The position numbers were made by a program, and so were the translations under genes. The notes below the pieces were generated by a model. It ran no database searches. It saw nothing but the letters and a program-made list of their open reading frames with translations, and was not told where the DNA came from. Positions 38,201-50,161 of a stretch of DNA of 64,000 nt are shown piece after piece (position 1 is the first letter of the stretch; every line of letters starts with the position of its first letter). This stretch comes from Stylophora pistillata (Eukaryota), in contig NW_019217793.1 in NCBI RefSeq assembly GCF_002571385.2, forward strand, positions 1,229,054-1,293,053. Reading direction: 5' to 3'.

Positions 38201-41200
38201 GATAACAAAAATGACACTAGGGTGAGGAGGGAGAATCTCATGCTTTTCAGGGGGAACGGAGGGGGTTAAAAAGGGGGGACAATAGAAAATTTACTTCCGT
38301 CTGGTGACAACCAAAATCCTCCAATTCCCCTTCCCCCCCTCCTTCTAGGCGATGGATAACAAGCAATCCCTAATTTTCTCTCTTTCTTTTGTCCATAATT
38401 TCAGCTGATTCCACAGCTAACCCAATTGTTAAAGTGGCGCACTCGTGCGACGCCACACCAATCGAGTACAACGTCACCCTTAAAATGGGACTCCACTCTG
38501 GAGTCTTTCAAAAAGTTGGTCGGGTAGACTCCATGGATGACTGCATAGAGATGAGCTGTAAAGAGCCACGTAGCGACGTTGCTTTCATGTTAGGCAGCAT
38601 GTGTTATGCCGTGCACTGTTACAGCGCTGATCTTTGTAAGACTGTCCCTATCTTCGGTTCAAGTATTTCTCGACTTAACTTGAATCCTGCCATTTCGTTT
38701 CTCCAAAAGAACTCGCAGTTTGGTGTGAGCTCTCTTGGTAAGTTCCTTCGAATATTTCAAGTTCGTACAAGTTATTACGATTCAGCAATTTATGCAGAGA
38801 GCTAGCCGCCAAGATACTAGCTAATGGTTCGGCTTTTACCATTTGTTTTTTTTTTTTTTGTTAAAGATACACTTACCTGCAAATATGTGACACACACGAT
38901 AAGGCTTAGCTTGCCGTGTCATGACTCACGTGCCCGTGCGCTCACCTCAGCGCACGTTTTCCTGTAGAGGGTCACAATTTATCAAGAAGTTGGTGTTAAA
39001 TCTCAGTTATCTGTAGTAAATATTGTTGATAAGTGATGACTGTTCCTTTAAAATGTTGGTAGAATCGTTTTCAATAGAAATAGGTGCTATTTGAAAGCCT
39101 TCGATTGAGATACAATGTCTGTCATTCAATATTTCCTATTCTTTTGTTAGAAAACAATTAAATCATTGATTTCTTTCGACATCTGTAGCAACAACGAACG
39201 ACAACATAGCTCAAGACAAGTGCCGTGACAGCACTATCACGTACAACGTTACGTTACGCGGTGGGATTGACGCAGGTAATTCCTCATTGTTTTTAAGTTG
39301 TACTTTCTGAGAATGTTTTAACCACAGATAAATTGTTGGGATCGACTTGTCACACATTCGTCACTTTTATTTCAGGCAATTTCACCGAGAGGCCTGGAGT
39401 GCTGTCGATGCGAGAATGTATCGGCAAATGTTGTGACGACACGTCATGTGACCTCGCTTTCATGTTCGGGGATCACTGTTACTCTGTAGAGTGTCAAAGC
39501 GAAAAGCTCTGTCAAGCTGTGTTGGCTAAACCTTCTCATCTTGAACCAAAAGTGTCTTATGTTTCAAGGGGATTCTATGACGATAAAGACAAAGGTTTGT
39601 TTTACTCGTAGAACGTTTTAGAGCACCTTTCGACTGGCAAGAATCCCATGTGATGACGTGTGCTTCTGAAAACGACACACATATCATGTTTTTAACAAAT
39701 GGTAAACACCACAGCGTACACTATTGAGTTATGGATGCACGCGTGAGGTTGCTAAGCACGAAAGAAGCTTAAGAGTCGCTCGAGGCGATAGCCGAGAGCG
39801 ACTCTAGCTTCTTGAGTGCTTAGCAAACCTCCCAAGTGCATCCATAACTCAATAGTGTACGCTGTGGTGTTTACCATTTGTTTTATAACATAACATTGAT
39901 ACATTGTAGCTAAAGAGTTCCCTTTTATTTAACAAATCTTACGCGACCAGAAAAAACAAGCGCGCGCGGAAAAATAGTCTTTGCATTTGCTCACGTCAGC
40001 AGCGTACACCCATGGGCAAATGGGGGACGCTAAATTGACCAATCAGAGCGCGCGCTTTACTTTGGTTATGTTATAATGACCAATCAGAGCATGCGCTTTA
40101 CTTTGGTTATGTTATAATATGACTTCCTAAAACGAACACCCTTTCTCCTTTTAGGGACAATGTTCTCCGCTAACGACCAGACGCCGACATGTCGGGCAGA
40201 CCAAAAGTCGCAATCGGAGATATTCAGCAATAAGACTTTAGTTGGAGGGTTAGAGGCGGGAAAGTTCAGTTTTGAGGGAGTTGTCAGGTACAGTTTATTA
40301 AGAAGTTTTCTCACGACATTTCCAAATGGTGCGCTGAGTACGTGAATGAGAAACGTGGGTTTTTACTGACCGGTTACTCTCTCTAATGACAACTGTTTAG
40401 GCTCGAGGCGAAAGTAGACTAAGATCCTCGCCTAAGCAAAGCGCGAGATGCATCGAGCGTTACCCCTTCGTCAGAGCGAATCACAAAGGGTTAATGCTCG
40501 AAACTTCAGCTTAGAAACTCTTTGCGGTGGCTAATTTATATTCATAAACTCAGTTGGTTAAACCAAATTATCTTGTTATACTCCCCCACCGACACAGGGC
40601 CACAGGTTCTTTGGGAACTTACCTACTTTATTCATTTCTCTCTACTAAAAGGTTTCTTTGCACATATTTCTACTGACTGAGGTTTTTTCTTTTTGCAACT
40701 TAACTTTGCTATCAAGTGGAAAGATATTCTTAAATCTACGTACAAGACTACTCAACACTGCTGCCGATAAGCTTTTGATAAGTTCCAAAGGTTATCTCGG
40801 TTTCTTTAACATCAAGCGACAACGGGCATTGCTTCCCTTCCTTAATAGGCCATTTTACAGTTGTGTACTTAGTTGCCAAGCCTTTGATTCAGAGTGAGGC
40901 TAAAGCTGACCTTGTTGTGATAGAGACCTGTATCTAGTTAGCATGATAACAAAGTGATTTACATTTGAAAGGCAGCAAGGTTTGTGTCATAACAAGGTCA
41001 TCTCTAGCCTCACTCCCGTTCAAAGGCTTGGCAACCAAGCACACAACTGTAAAATGGACTATTAGATGTTTGTCTATAATCGGAGATGGACAAGCCACTT
41101 GATTTGAGTTTTCTTAAAATTTTCCGGCTCCCATTTATTTACTCCTGGCAGTAGAGAAGCACTGTGAGGTTAAGAAGCTCTAACTGTAAAATATAGCCGC

Positions 41201-44128
41201 GCTATGCTTTGCACTGGACCTTTAAGTTCGATTCGGTGTCAATTTGTCCTCTGCGTCTCTCTAACCTTCACTATTTGCCATAGCAAAAACCATTCACCAC
41301 TTTATCTTGGCTAGAATTTGCAGATTAGTTTGTCTGACTCTGAGTCAACGGATTTTGTTTTTTCTTGGGGAATTTATTCCACAGTACCTCACAGTACCTC
41401 ACTAAGATTTCAATATGGAGAAACGGGGCTCGAACTCTTGGGTGATTGAGAAGGAGAAAACGTTCGCGATTTGATATTCGACAGTTATACGAGACATGAC
41501 GAAGTGTGCTCAATTCAAGGCCCATTTGCTTTTTGGTGAAGACCTCCTCGCCCCCACCTCCCCCCAAACTTCCCCTCCATACAGTTATCTTTACTAGTTG
41601 TCTCTGTTATTTGCTTCAGTGATATGCATATGTGTATGGATCGCTGCTGTGCACAGCAAGGTTGTAATGTCGCTTACATGGTCGACAACAACTGCTTCTC
41701 TGTAGCCTGCTATTCACCATCCTTGTGTAAAATAAGTGATACGTCCTCGACGAATGGCGACGTTGAGATCTCCACCATATTGGAGAGCACTGCTGAAAGA
41801 CCAGCGGAGAAACGTGAGTAGAAATTTAAATTGCTATAGGAACAAAGACGTGCTTTACCAACAGCTTGGCCATCTTCCACCCAAGGATGCGACAGACGTG
41901 TTAGATTCGCCTTTAAGAGTATCAGAGGATGATTTGTAAAGTTTTTCACTGTTGTGTGCTTGGTTGCCAAGCCTTTGAACAGGAGTGAGGGTAATAGTGT
42001 CCTTGTTATGATACAAACGTTGCTGCTTTTCAAATGTAAATTACTTAGTTATCATGCTAACTAGATACTGGTCTCTGTCACGACAAGGTCACCTTCAGCC
42101 TCACTCCAAATCAAAGGCTTGGCGACTAAGTACACAACTATAAAATGGCCTATTCCAAAAACGTTGACACCGAAAAAGCATGATCCATGAACGATGAGAC
42201 CCAACGGCTTTATGGGAAATGCTCGTCGGATACATGATCAGATCATTATTCATAAAAAACTTTCGTTAGGATAATCCTTTTCTTCCAGGAAAGCGCGGAT
42301 AGCTTCCATCCTTCACCACCTGTTAATGATGGTTATCATGTAGATGTGTACCCAGAGAGCCATAGGGTCTCATCGGTCATGGTAAACGATTTTTTCGCAA
42401 TCAAGTGTATACTAAAACAATGGCTAGCTTTAAAGCTCCGCTCTGATTGGCTACTCAAACCGAATAACCTTTGCTATTGACCTGCGAGCAACTCGCGCTC
42501 GAAATTATTGTAATCTTTGTCGGAACAAATGAGATAAAATCATCTTTTTATACTATAATATCTCACTGTTTTAGGTGAATACTTACCTTGTCACTTCGTG
42601 GCTCAGTAAATATCTACCACTAGCCACCTCCACTTCGGCGAATAATTGTTAAATACTCCCCACCGACGCAACACCACAGTTTCTTTAAAAACTTGCCCCC
42701 TCTCTTCATTTGGCTATTTTTTGTATATTGCTTTGACTACTCAGTATATTTTTTGTGTCTATCTTTAGACTCCATGGTGCTTTATGTGATAATTGGTGTG
42801 GTCGGATTCGCAGCCGGTGCAGGAGGGATTTTATGGGCCGTCTGCATGTTTATTCGACGGTAGGTAAACCCAGATTTTTAGTGAGAGATAATCAGCTTTG
42901 GAGAATGGACCTTGAATACAGGTCTTATTCGTATGCTAATCCCTAATCCATCTTCAGCTACTATTAGAGGAAATGTTTAATTGAGTGTGAAAATCAATTC
43001 GTGATTGCATTGGTTTTTCTTTGCTGCGCTCTGTGATTGGTTTAGAAAATTCTATATAATCTCTCAGCCAATCAAAAGCAAAACTAACAAAAATCTCCAC
43101 TTGGTCATCCGTGTTTTATTGCGCTTTAGCCAGGTCACTTTTTCCTACATCGCGTTCTTATTGGCTCCTATAATATTTCTTCTCTTCTAATTGGCTTTTC
43201 TTTGCAACACAATGTGATTGGTTCAGATTATTCTTTAAAATCTCTCAATTAATTAAATGCAAAACAAATCTCGACTTGGTCACTCGTGTTTTCCCGCGCT
43301 TTTTTCTACACCGTGTTCTCATTGGCTCCTATGATATTTTACTTTCTTCTGATTGGCTTTCGAGATCACTTTAGTGTTGGTTCTATGGTACCCAGTTAAT
43401 AAGTGCTTGTAATGATCCCTGTTTCCGGGGATTAATGAAAATGAGAATCATAAGACAACCACTCCTGTCTACTATTCACGCAAACATATCGTGCAGGGCC
43501 AATTAATTCTACACCAAAGCATTCCGTAAGCCACATACGTCGCACATGTAACATTGCATACGACTTTAAAAATAATCTTTATAGATTTTGGCTTCAGAAT
43601 TGCACGTATGTTGGGGTTAGTCTCACAGCTCGGTCATCTTTCGGTTTTGGATAAAGTAGTGCAAAGGTGTGCCATGTGAGTTTAAATACTGGATATGAAA
43701 ACTGCTTAGGTTAATTAACATGTAAAATGCTTAAATATGTAAAAAAAATTAAAGTCTGTTTACGAGCCTAGTGGCCCATTAGGCCGGTGCTTAACTCCGG
43801 TTTCTGTAGTACGAAGCGACTAGGAGTATTTCTACTCCCCCCTGGATGGGATGCCAGTCCATCGCAGGGTTACCCCCAGCATTAAATTGCCGGTACCCAT
43901 TTATACACCTGGGTGAAGAGAGGCACTGTGAGAGTAAAGTGTCTTGCCTAAGAACACAACACAATGTCCCGGCCGGGGCTCAAACCCGGACCACTCGATC
44001 CGGAGTCGAGCGCACCAGCCATAAGGCCACCGCTTAAATATGAATCAGTAATTATTTCGTTTTAATGGAGATGAGTCACATATTTTAGGCATCGTTTACG
44101 ATCAAGGCACAGACAGGATACGAAGTAG
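18424..44128 (+). CDS. Giant type I membrane protein (~2468 aa, 23 exons): SP, basic furin-site region, LamG/pentraxin-like, CUB, 3x MANEC-like, 2x WSC-like, 6x MANEC-like with S/T linkers, TM, short basic tail
   Basis: Exons 18424-18523, 21251-23079, 23846-24041, 24642-24911, 25061-25399, 26582-26923, 27172-27531, 29197-29517, 30665-30823, 31870-32010, 32107-32391, 32831-33337, 33907-34209, 35638-36366, 36471-36749, 37666-37815, 38405-38737, 39189-39275, 39376-39594, 40155-40287, 41620-41813, 42769-42859, 44089-44128. All GT-AG and phase-consistent; total 7407 nt. SP IWFVILSVGLLQGSTQA; LamG WNHVVGTYD..IFVNG..GEVDEFRIYNKAL; CUB CGG..LESPEWP..CTWHL..YCG; WSC-like LGCWKD..CAQVA..VFAIQNGGAC..ANDVY; TM MVLYVIIGVVGFAAGAGGILWAVCMFI. 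First and last exons are the least certain. Confidence 0.85.
25506..25642. mobile_element. Short MITE-like element
   Basis: Inverted ends atagagttttagatccacgtt / aacgtagatcttaaactctctat. Confidence 0.6.
27826..28863 (+). mobile_element. Penelope-like 3' fragment (GIY-YIG C-terminus + terminal repeat) interrupted by a gap and a tRNA-derived array
   Basis: NHSKQHMAICGLSL..ESRKNLEQKLIFQ..GINERFSFH* matches 52945-53092; the terminal repeat resumes at ~28830 (acatttcaactttgttgatatatccaaatta). Confidence 0.8.
28383..28832 (+). repeat. Tandem 245-bp units each containing a tRNA-Thr(AGT)-like core (28445-28517, 28690-28762); tRNA-derived SINE-like repeat
   Basis: Acceptor stem ggcttgt/acaggcc, A box tagctcaattggtagagc, B box ggttcgaatcc, loop ctagtat, T-run downstream; mismatches in the anticodon and T stems. 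Confidence 0.8.
29591..30368 (-). mobile_element. Second-family Penelope-like 3' fragment (GIY-YIG ORF 29807-30115) with inverted terminal repeat arms, inside a (TTTA)n microsatellite
   Basis: VVYQFSCAGCNSRYIGETSRHFSTRIKEH. Arm ~29618-29785 is the reverse complement of ~30200-30368. TTTA runs on both sides. Confidence 0.85.
31305..31725. mobile_element. MITE-like element
   Basis: Inverted ends ataggggaatcc..ttgtttacaatatttgcctcattagcata / tatgcaaatgagcaaaaatgtaaacaa..gaatccgccttat. Confidence 0.6.
33644..33725. repeat. 42-bp tandem duplication with G/C-rich self-complementary unit
   Basis: tgatagggatggggt..aaacccc.ctgtccctcccagtg occurs twice. Confidence 0.8.
34875..35354. mobile_element. 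Foldback (inverted) Penelope-like terminal-repeat element with 17-bp target-site duplication
   Basis: Left arm is the reverse complement of the right arm; taagcttactataattt at 34858-34874 and 35355-35371. Confidence 0.85.
36835..37130. mobile_element. MITE-like element
   Basis: Inverted ends aggtgacgttgccccttgcacggttgcccc / ggggcgaccgtgcaaggggtacgacgtcacct. Confidence 0.7.
37255..37555 (+). mobile_element. tRNA-headed SINE (diverged copy)
   Basis: Same family as 43740-44031 in the opposite orientation (acactttactttcacagtg..tccacccagg..atggact.gcatcccat.caggg..tagtcgcttc). Confidence 0.7.
39694..40117. mobile_element. Non-autonomous element with ~190-bp left hairpin and 12-bp asymmetric inverted repeat
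   Basis: Hairpin 39694-39882; ttataacataac (39883-39894) against gttatgttataa (40065-40076, duplicated to 40117 by a 41-bp tandem copy). Confidence 0.75.
40455..40630 (+). mobile_element. Penelope-like terminal repeat fragment with short inverted head
   Basis: gctcgaaacttcagc..ggtggctaattta..accaaattatcttgtta..ccccaccgac. Confidence 0.65.
40844..41062 (+). mobile_element. MITE copy 1
   Basis: TIRs aataggccattttacagttgtgt / acacaactgtaaaatggactatt. Confidence 0.85.
41943..42154 (-). mobile_element. MITE copy 2 (same family, opposite orientation)
   Basis: Reverse-complement similarity to 40844-41062 throughout. Confidence 0.85.
43012..43365. repeat. Diverged tandem duplication of a ~170-180-bp interspersed repeat
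   Basis: tgtgattggtt..acttggtca..gcgcttt..attggctcctat..attggcttt occurs twice. Confidence 0.6.
43740..44031 (-). mobile_element. Full-length tRNA-headed SINE with 11-bp TSD
   Basis: Minus-strand head gtggccttatggctggtgcgctcgactccgg..gggtttgagccccgg; TSD gcttaaatatg at 43729-43739 and 44032-44042. Confidence 0.85.
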
Positions 44129-44204
44129 CTTTTGGGTAAGTTGTTTACGACGCTTAGGTTTAAATTTCGTTCTCATCTCCTAAGCAGTGTAAATTACTTT
44201 TTAA

Positions 44205-44362
44205 ATCGCTCCGAAGAAGGGCTGACGCTCGAAACGTCAGCTTTTGTAATCGTTACGGTGGCCAATTTACCGTTTCAACTTTGTTGATATATCCAAATTA
44301 TTTCGTTTCCCCCCCCCACCGACGCAGCCCCAACCAGTTTCTTTAGAAACTATCAGCCTTTA
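44205..44362 (+). mobile_element. Penelope-like terminal repeat fragment
   Basis: ctccgaagaagggctgacgctcgaaacgtcagc..ggtggccaattt..ccccaccgacgcagc. Confidence 0.75.
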
Positions 44363-44391
44363 TTAAAAACTAGATCATTGGATAATGCAAG

Positions 44392-44427
<36 letters not shown>

Positions 44428-47400
44428 CAGCCAATATACCATGATCTACAAATATGGCAAGCGTACGTGTGAGCTTAAAATGAAAAGGGAGCTAAAAATT
44501 TAATAAAATTTAATAACTTTATTTAACGTTTTTAATTAAAACAATTATTCATTTGAAAAACCTTTGCATTGGATGAAGGATTTTGGTTGTGTCGCAATGA
44601 AATTCACCTGATCACTTCCTAAAGCTCTGTAGTATTTTGATGACGCGCCCCCTCCCCCATTGGCGTCAATTTTCTATAGTTCTCCTTTTATACTTTGTCA
44701 GCGACTACTAAGCTTCCCTCCGTTTCCCATCAAAACCATGTGATTCCTCCCCCCCCAAAAAAAAATCGTCGAGAATCAAGAATCATTACTGTAGAATCAT
44801 TACTGTATCTTGTTTATAGATTCCTATTAGGAATTTCATATTCCTCTTTCACTCCTTATTTTCAGTGGGAAAGGAAAGACTTCACTTCGACGAGGCCTAG
44901 CAGCAAACAGGCTGAAAGATGTCTGCTTTTACAAACAATTGGAATTAGTAATTTTGCGTAGTTTCAGTTTGACTCCTTTTTATAAATTCAGCTTTCAATC
45001 GAATTCAGAACTTTCTTTAGGCGCGCCCATAGAACCGCGAGAATGCAGACAACAGAGGTGTTCCTCGTGACAAGAAGTGATCATTTCTAATCTAAACGAA
45101 TGAGGCCTTTCCTTTTTGAACCGGAAGAAATTAGTGGACTCGTTCGATTGCCGTCTTCTGGTCTACTTAGGCGATGCTAAGCCTATGAACGTCTCTCAGT
45201 TCGTTATTTTCAAGATAGTATACTGCATTAAAGCGCTTTTTTTTGTATTCATTCAGTTCAACATGCGCCTTGTAAAAGAACCACACTACAGCACTGAGCC
45301 CATCGTAAATCGCATTTAGAGATGATTAGTGTAGTTTTCGTGCTAAAGCAGACAATTTACTTCTAAGGTAATTTTAGGCACAGACGTTTGTGAGATGCGA
45401 GAGGCAAGTGGAAATTGAGACTTCCTTTTCCCAGCGCTTACTCCAGATTCTTTTTGTGTGCATTCTTTGATTTAAAATGCAATAACGACGACTTTCCAGT
45501 TTTTCAGTTGATGTCGAAGCACGCCAAGAGTAGTTGCATACTGTTTCCTGTTGCCACTTGCGTCTCAAGAGTGTCTCTGCTTTGTTATGGGAGTCAAATC
45601 AGCTCATTGTTTCTCACGAAGAGAAGCCACCATTTGCATCATGTTAGCTTATGTTGTAAATGGTTTGAAATTCGAATTTATTTCGTGGTTGTACAAGATT
45701 TAGAGCAAGGTGTCTTTTGACGTTTTTGATCTAGAAAAAGAAGTACAGAGTAATATTTAAAATTTTAGAGCTACAAGAGCAAAAGAAGTACGAGAGCCTC
45801 TTTATTGCAGTTTTTTTTTTCTTCCTTGGTGTTAGCCGTGTTATCAAAAAGCATTTCAAAGTCAGTGAAGTTGATCAGGAGATAGTAGAGGCCGCATGTT
45901 AGATAAAGTTTGGCACCAAATTTGATCGATGTCGTGAATTGAATATTTTTTTAATAAAATATATTTAAACTTAATCTTGTTTCTTGAAGATTTTTTCAGC
46001 GAAGTCCAGTAAGCCAAGCTGCATTAGTATTCAAACTCTAGTTTATTTTCAATGGGGTGGACCCATCTAAGATGTTAACGAACTGGCCGGTCCCAAGGAA
46101 TGGAAGCTGGTCCATCGTTGGTGGTTCCCTCCCCTCAACCCTCGTTTTAGTATTTCGGTAGATTTCTCCAGGAATTCCCCAGCAGTATAACTGCTCCGGT
46201 GATTATCAAGACGCAGGCGCTCTGATTGGCCGAAGATTGCGTCATATCTCGCTTTAATCACCTCAAGCGCGGAGATAGCACGAACGCTAAATTTCAAAAT
46301 GGCTGCCTCGCACTTTGTGGGTGTTACCGAGAAAGTGATGAACGCGACAAAGAAAATTCAATTCCGAAGGCCGCAAAAGATGCTATAAAGGTTGGAGTAA
46401 CACTTTTCAAAAGAAAGATATGACGTTTTTCGTTGATCGAATTGAATGAGCGCATCAAATTTTTAGTGGAAACTGGCTCTTTATCCCGATACTAGTAATC
46501 AAAGAACCTGAAACTGAACGGCTTCAACATGAAAACATGTTTATATATTTAAAAAATCGAAAGCACCTAGGCTATTAATTCGTCCAGGAGGCCCAGTTGA
46601 TTATTGACTATATTGACAATATATTGATTAAATTCACTTCGCCTTCGGTAAATAATTGTTATGTTAAACAATAAAAATAGAACTATATTTAATCTGAAAT
46701 ATTGTAAGGGTTGTCTTATATTGGTGTTGGGAAAAGGAATGGAAATATTGTATTACTTTAAGCCATTCGCCGCAAAAATTATAATGAGCAGTTGATTAAT
46801 TCTTATTCCTTTTGGTGGTCTCATCTAAGTACAATTTCTTTTACCTTTTTCTTATCGTGGTTGTGAATTTGGCATTCAGTTTCTATGGTGATTAGAACTT
46901 GTTAGAACTTGTAGTATATTTCGCGGTGGGCTATGTTTTTAAATTATGTCAATCTGCTTGTTAAGGAAGGGAGTAAGTCTGTCTGGTAAAAGTTAACCTC
47001 GCACAGAAATTCCTGGAATTTCCTGCTTCATATACTTTTGATTATTCTCAGACTCGTTTTTTGGAACAAATTCTATGTCAAATTCACGATCAAGGAATAT
47101 TTTTTAAATTTCAATTTAACACCTTCAACATCTCTTTCTTTAAGGTGACCCTGAGTGTAAACAGCTTTTGCCTTTTCATTTTCCGCACTGAATTTTGAAT
47201 TAGATAACCTACATAAGACCACGTGGCATCTCTGGGGGCGGTACTCGTGAACGCCCCTTCGTCTCTGAATTTTCTGTTTATTTTGTTGTTATGTAACAAT
47301 TTTCTAAAGCTACTTTTTTCTTAAGATGTCTTTTCAAGTATAATATAATTCTAATTCTGTCAATAGGCTAATTATAATTTTTATATTATCAATCTTGTCT

Positions 47401-50161
47401 CTGTTCTGGCCGATCTCAACCATAAAATATGAAATCTTAAGGTAGAACTGAAATGATTTTGTAACTTCGTAAACAACTCGAAGGCGCATACTTAGTGTGT
47501 AGGAACTGTCGTAGGTAACTTAATGTGATTCGCTGGTTGAAATAGGACGATGACGATGCAAGAAGATTGACAGCTTAGTAGTGTCACTTTCATCATTACA
47601 GCATTTTCCAATCAGAATAGAACATAGTTGAGTTGTACAGATTAGAAAGAAATCAAATTGTTTAGAGTTGTGTTAAAAAAAAAAAAAAAAACTGAGCTAG
47701 TCCCAAGAAAAAGAAAAAGTGTATTAAGAGTCAAAACCAGGAAATAAAGGAGCTCATACGGGTGTTAGAAAATGCATCTAACAATTATAAGCAATTTATG
47801 ACACAATATCACGGATGAATAACAATTTAGTCAATTTAATGAGGAGAAAAATTTAGCATCAGCTCTTGTGCAAAGATGTGCTTCTTATCTCACTACCTCC
47901 CTAAATTTCCTAGCTCTTCGACATTCTCAGATTGGCCATTTTAACAATTTCGCTTTAATTACCTTCTTCAAATTGCCGTTTTTTTTCCTTTTCAAGATAT
48001 TGTTAATCGATCATAATTAAAGCATTTTCTCATAAATCTGATCTATTCTACGCCCTATTCTACGTCTTGAATTTTCTACGCCACTTAGCTTATCGTGTAT
48101 CGTGTATTTAAATCATTGAAATAATCCATGTTTACTCTTTTTCAACTGTGTCTAGGGTAATTAAAATTAATTTTTAGGGAGATTTTTAATTTGGTATCTT
48201 AAAAGAAAAAAAGGCTCTAATATACGTTGAATTCCGTGCAAAACCATGCCATACCAAAATAGTCAATTCTAAGTGTTTTGAACTCAGTCAGTTTGTTTTG
48301 GTAAACATGGTAAATAATTATCTTCCAAGCTGAATTGAATATAATATTTCTGTTGTTCACATACGCATGTTTCCTCTTCAGTGAGCGAAAATGTAACCTT
48401 AACAGATGTTCCAATAACAGGCGGCTTAGCAAATAAAGGATGAGAAACTATTCACAAATCTGATATTTACATCCGTGCGAAACTCGCAGCCCGTACAGTA
48501 TACACTGTTCTTTTGCGGTTTCCATTGGTCAGTTCTAGACGTTCGGTGTAAAATCGCGATCATTTCATAGATCTTGATCAGTCTCAAATTAAAAAGAGGG
48601 TCTTAAATTAAAAAGAGGTTCTGATTTGGAAATATTTTCAATTACAAAGAACCTCTTAATGTGTTGTTCGACTCACACTCAAACCAGTAAGTTGTAATTA
48701 GAATGCCAAGAGTCGTTCTTTTACTAACCGGAAAACCGGATAATAAGCTGGAGCCTGAAAAAACCTGCTGAAAGAGTTTCCAAAAGATGAGATGCCAAAA
48801 TTACTGGAAAAACAACTGGCGATTCTTTTTCTCATTAACTGACTTGTGCAGCTCCGCAAGTGATCCCGAGACCAAAAATGATCCCTCAAATAAACTGCAT
48901 GCAAATGATCTCGGACCGTAATAAATGATCTCGTTAATTACAAATAGAGTGGATGGCTAAGATTTTTTTTCAAATTGCTACTTCATTAAAAATCTTATGC
49001 TGTGTGACAAACTAAAGAATGAAGAAACAGAGGAAAAATAAGATAATATTTAACTGAAAATAAACGTGTATGTAATATCACGATATCACTTTGGATCAAA
49101 TAAACGCCTGACCTGAGAAAAGATCAGCTTAAGCGGAAAGTTTTTTAATTGAAAGCTTTAATAAGTGTTGAGTTTAACGGGATCATTTGCAGTTTGGTAA
49201 TAAGAAACTTCCACAGCTGACCCAGCTTTGCCGCATTTAAGTAAATCTTTAAGAGGGTTGCTCTGATATTTTCAGGGCGTTGTCACTAATAGATTATCAC
49301 GCAAAGATACAACAAACATAAAAGCAAACTAGTGCGCGCCCAAGCTGATGGATACCACAGAGAACACACCGTCAAAATCTGATTTCCGTTGAATTCCGTG
49401 CAAAACCTCGCGCCGTAAAATGCCTGTATTGTTCTTTCGTGGTTCGCAAAAGTACATTGTGCGTTATTATTTCATGGTAAATAACTATTAACTTCATTGT
49501 CGGTGACTAGCGGTAGATATTTACTTCGCCGCTTCGCAGCTCGGTAAGAACCTACCACCAGCCTCCTCCACTTCGGTGAATAGTTGTTAACTATCGACAT
49601 AAGTTCACTGTCTAGCTATTTTTATCAACTGAAAGCACCAAACTTAAAAATGGCCATGTTTAGGACAAGTAATCACTAAATTTCACATATATATCTTCCG
49701 TTTAAGAAAAATAGACGATCGAAGACTGCATGTGGCTCCTGGTAAAGCGCAATTTTTGTATCATGAAAAGAACTTGAGGTTGTACAAAGACGCTAGAAGG
49801 TAGTGTTGCAGACTATTTGTCTCAGATGCTAAACAAAAAACCTATCCGGCTCTCATCCGTGTGAGAAAAATCATTCTTCGCTGATGAGGCGATAACAGGC
49901 AGCTTATAGAAACATGTTCAGGTGAACAATAATAGGATGGAAACCACACACACTGTAAGTACCTCCCGAAATACTTATCTAAGAATCTATGAGGTTCAAC
50001 GGAGTTACTTAATTAAGGTGCGCGCGCTGTTTCCGTTCTGTCATGAAAGATTACTGTATTTATGACATTCTTCACAAGGCTTGCCGCGAATTCTCGACAA
50101 CTTGTCACCGATCGATCATCAAAGACACGATAAGCGTAAAAGTCATCAAACAAACCTTTAA

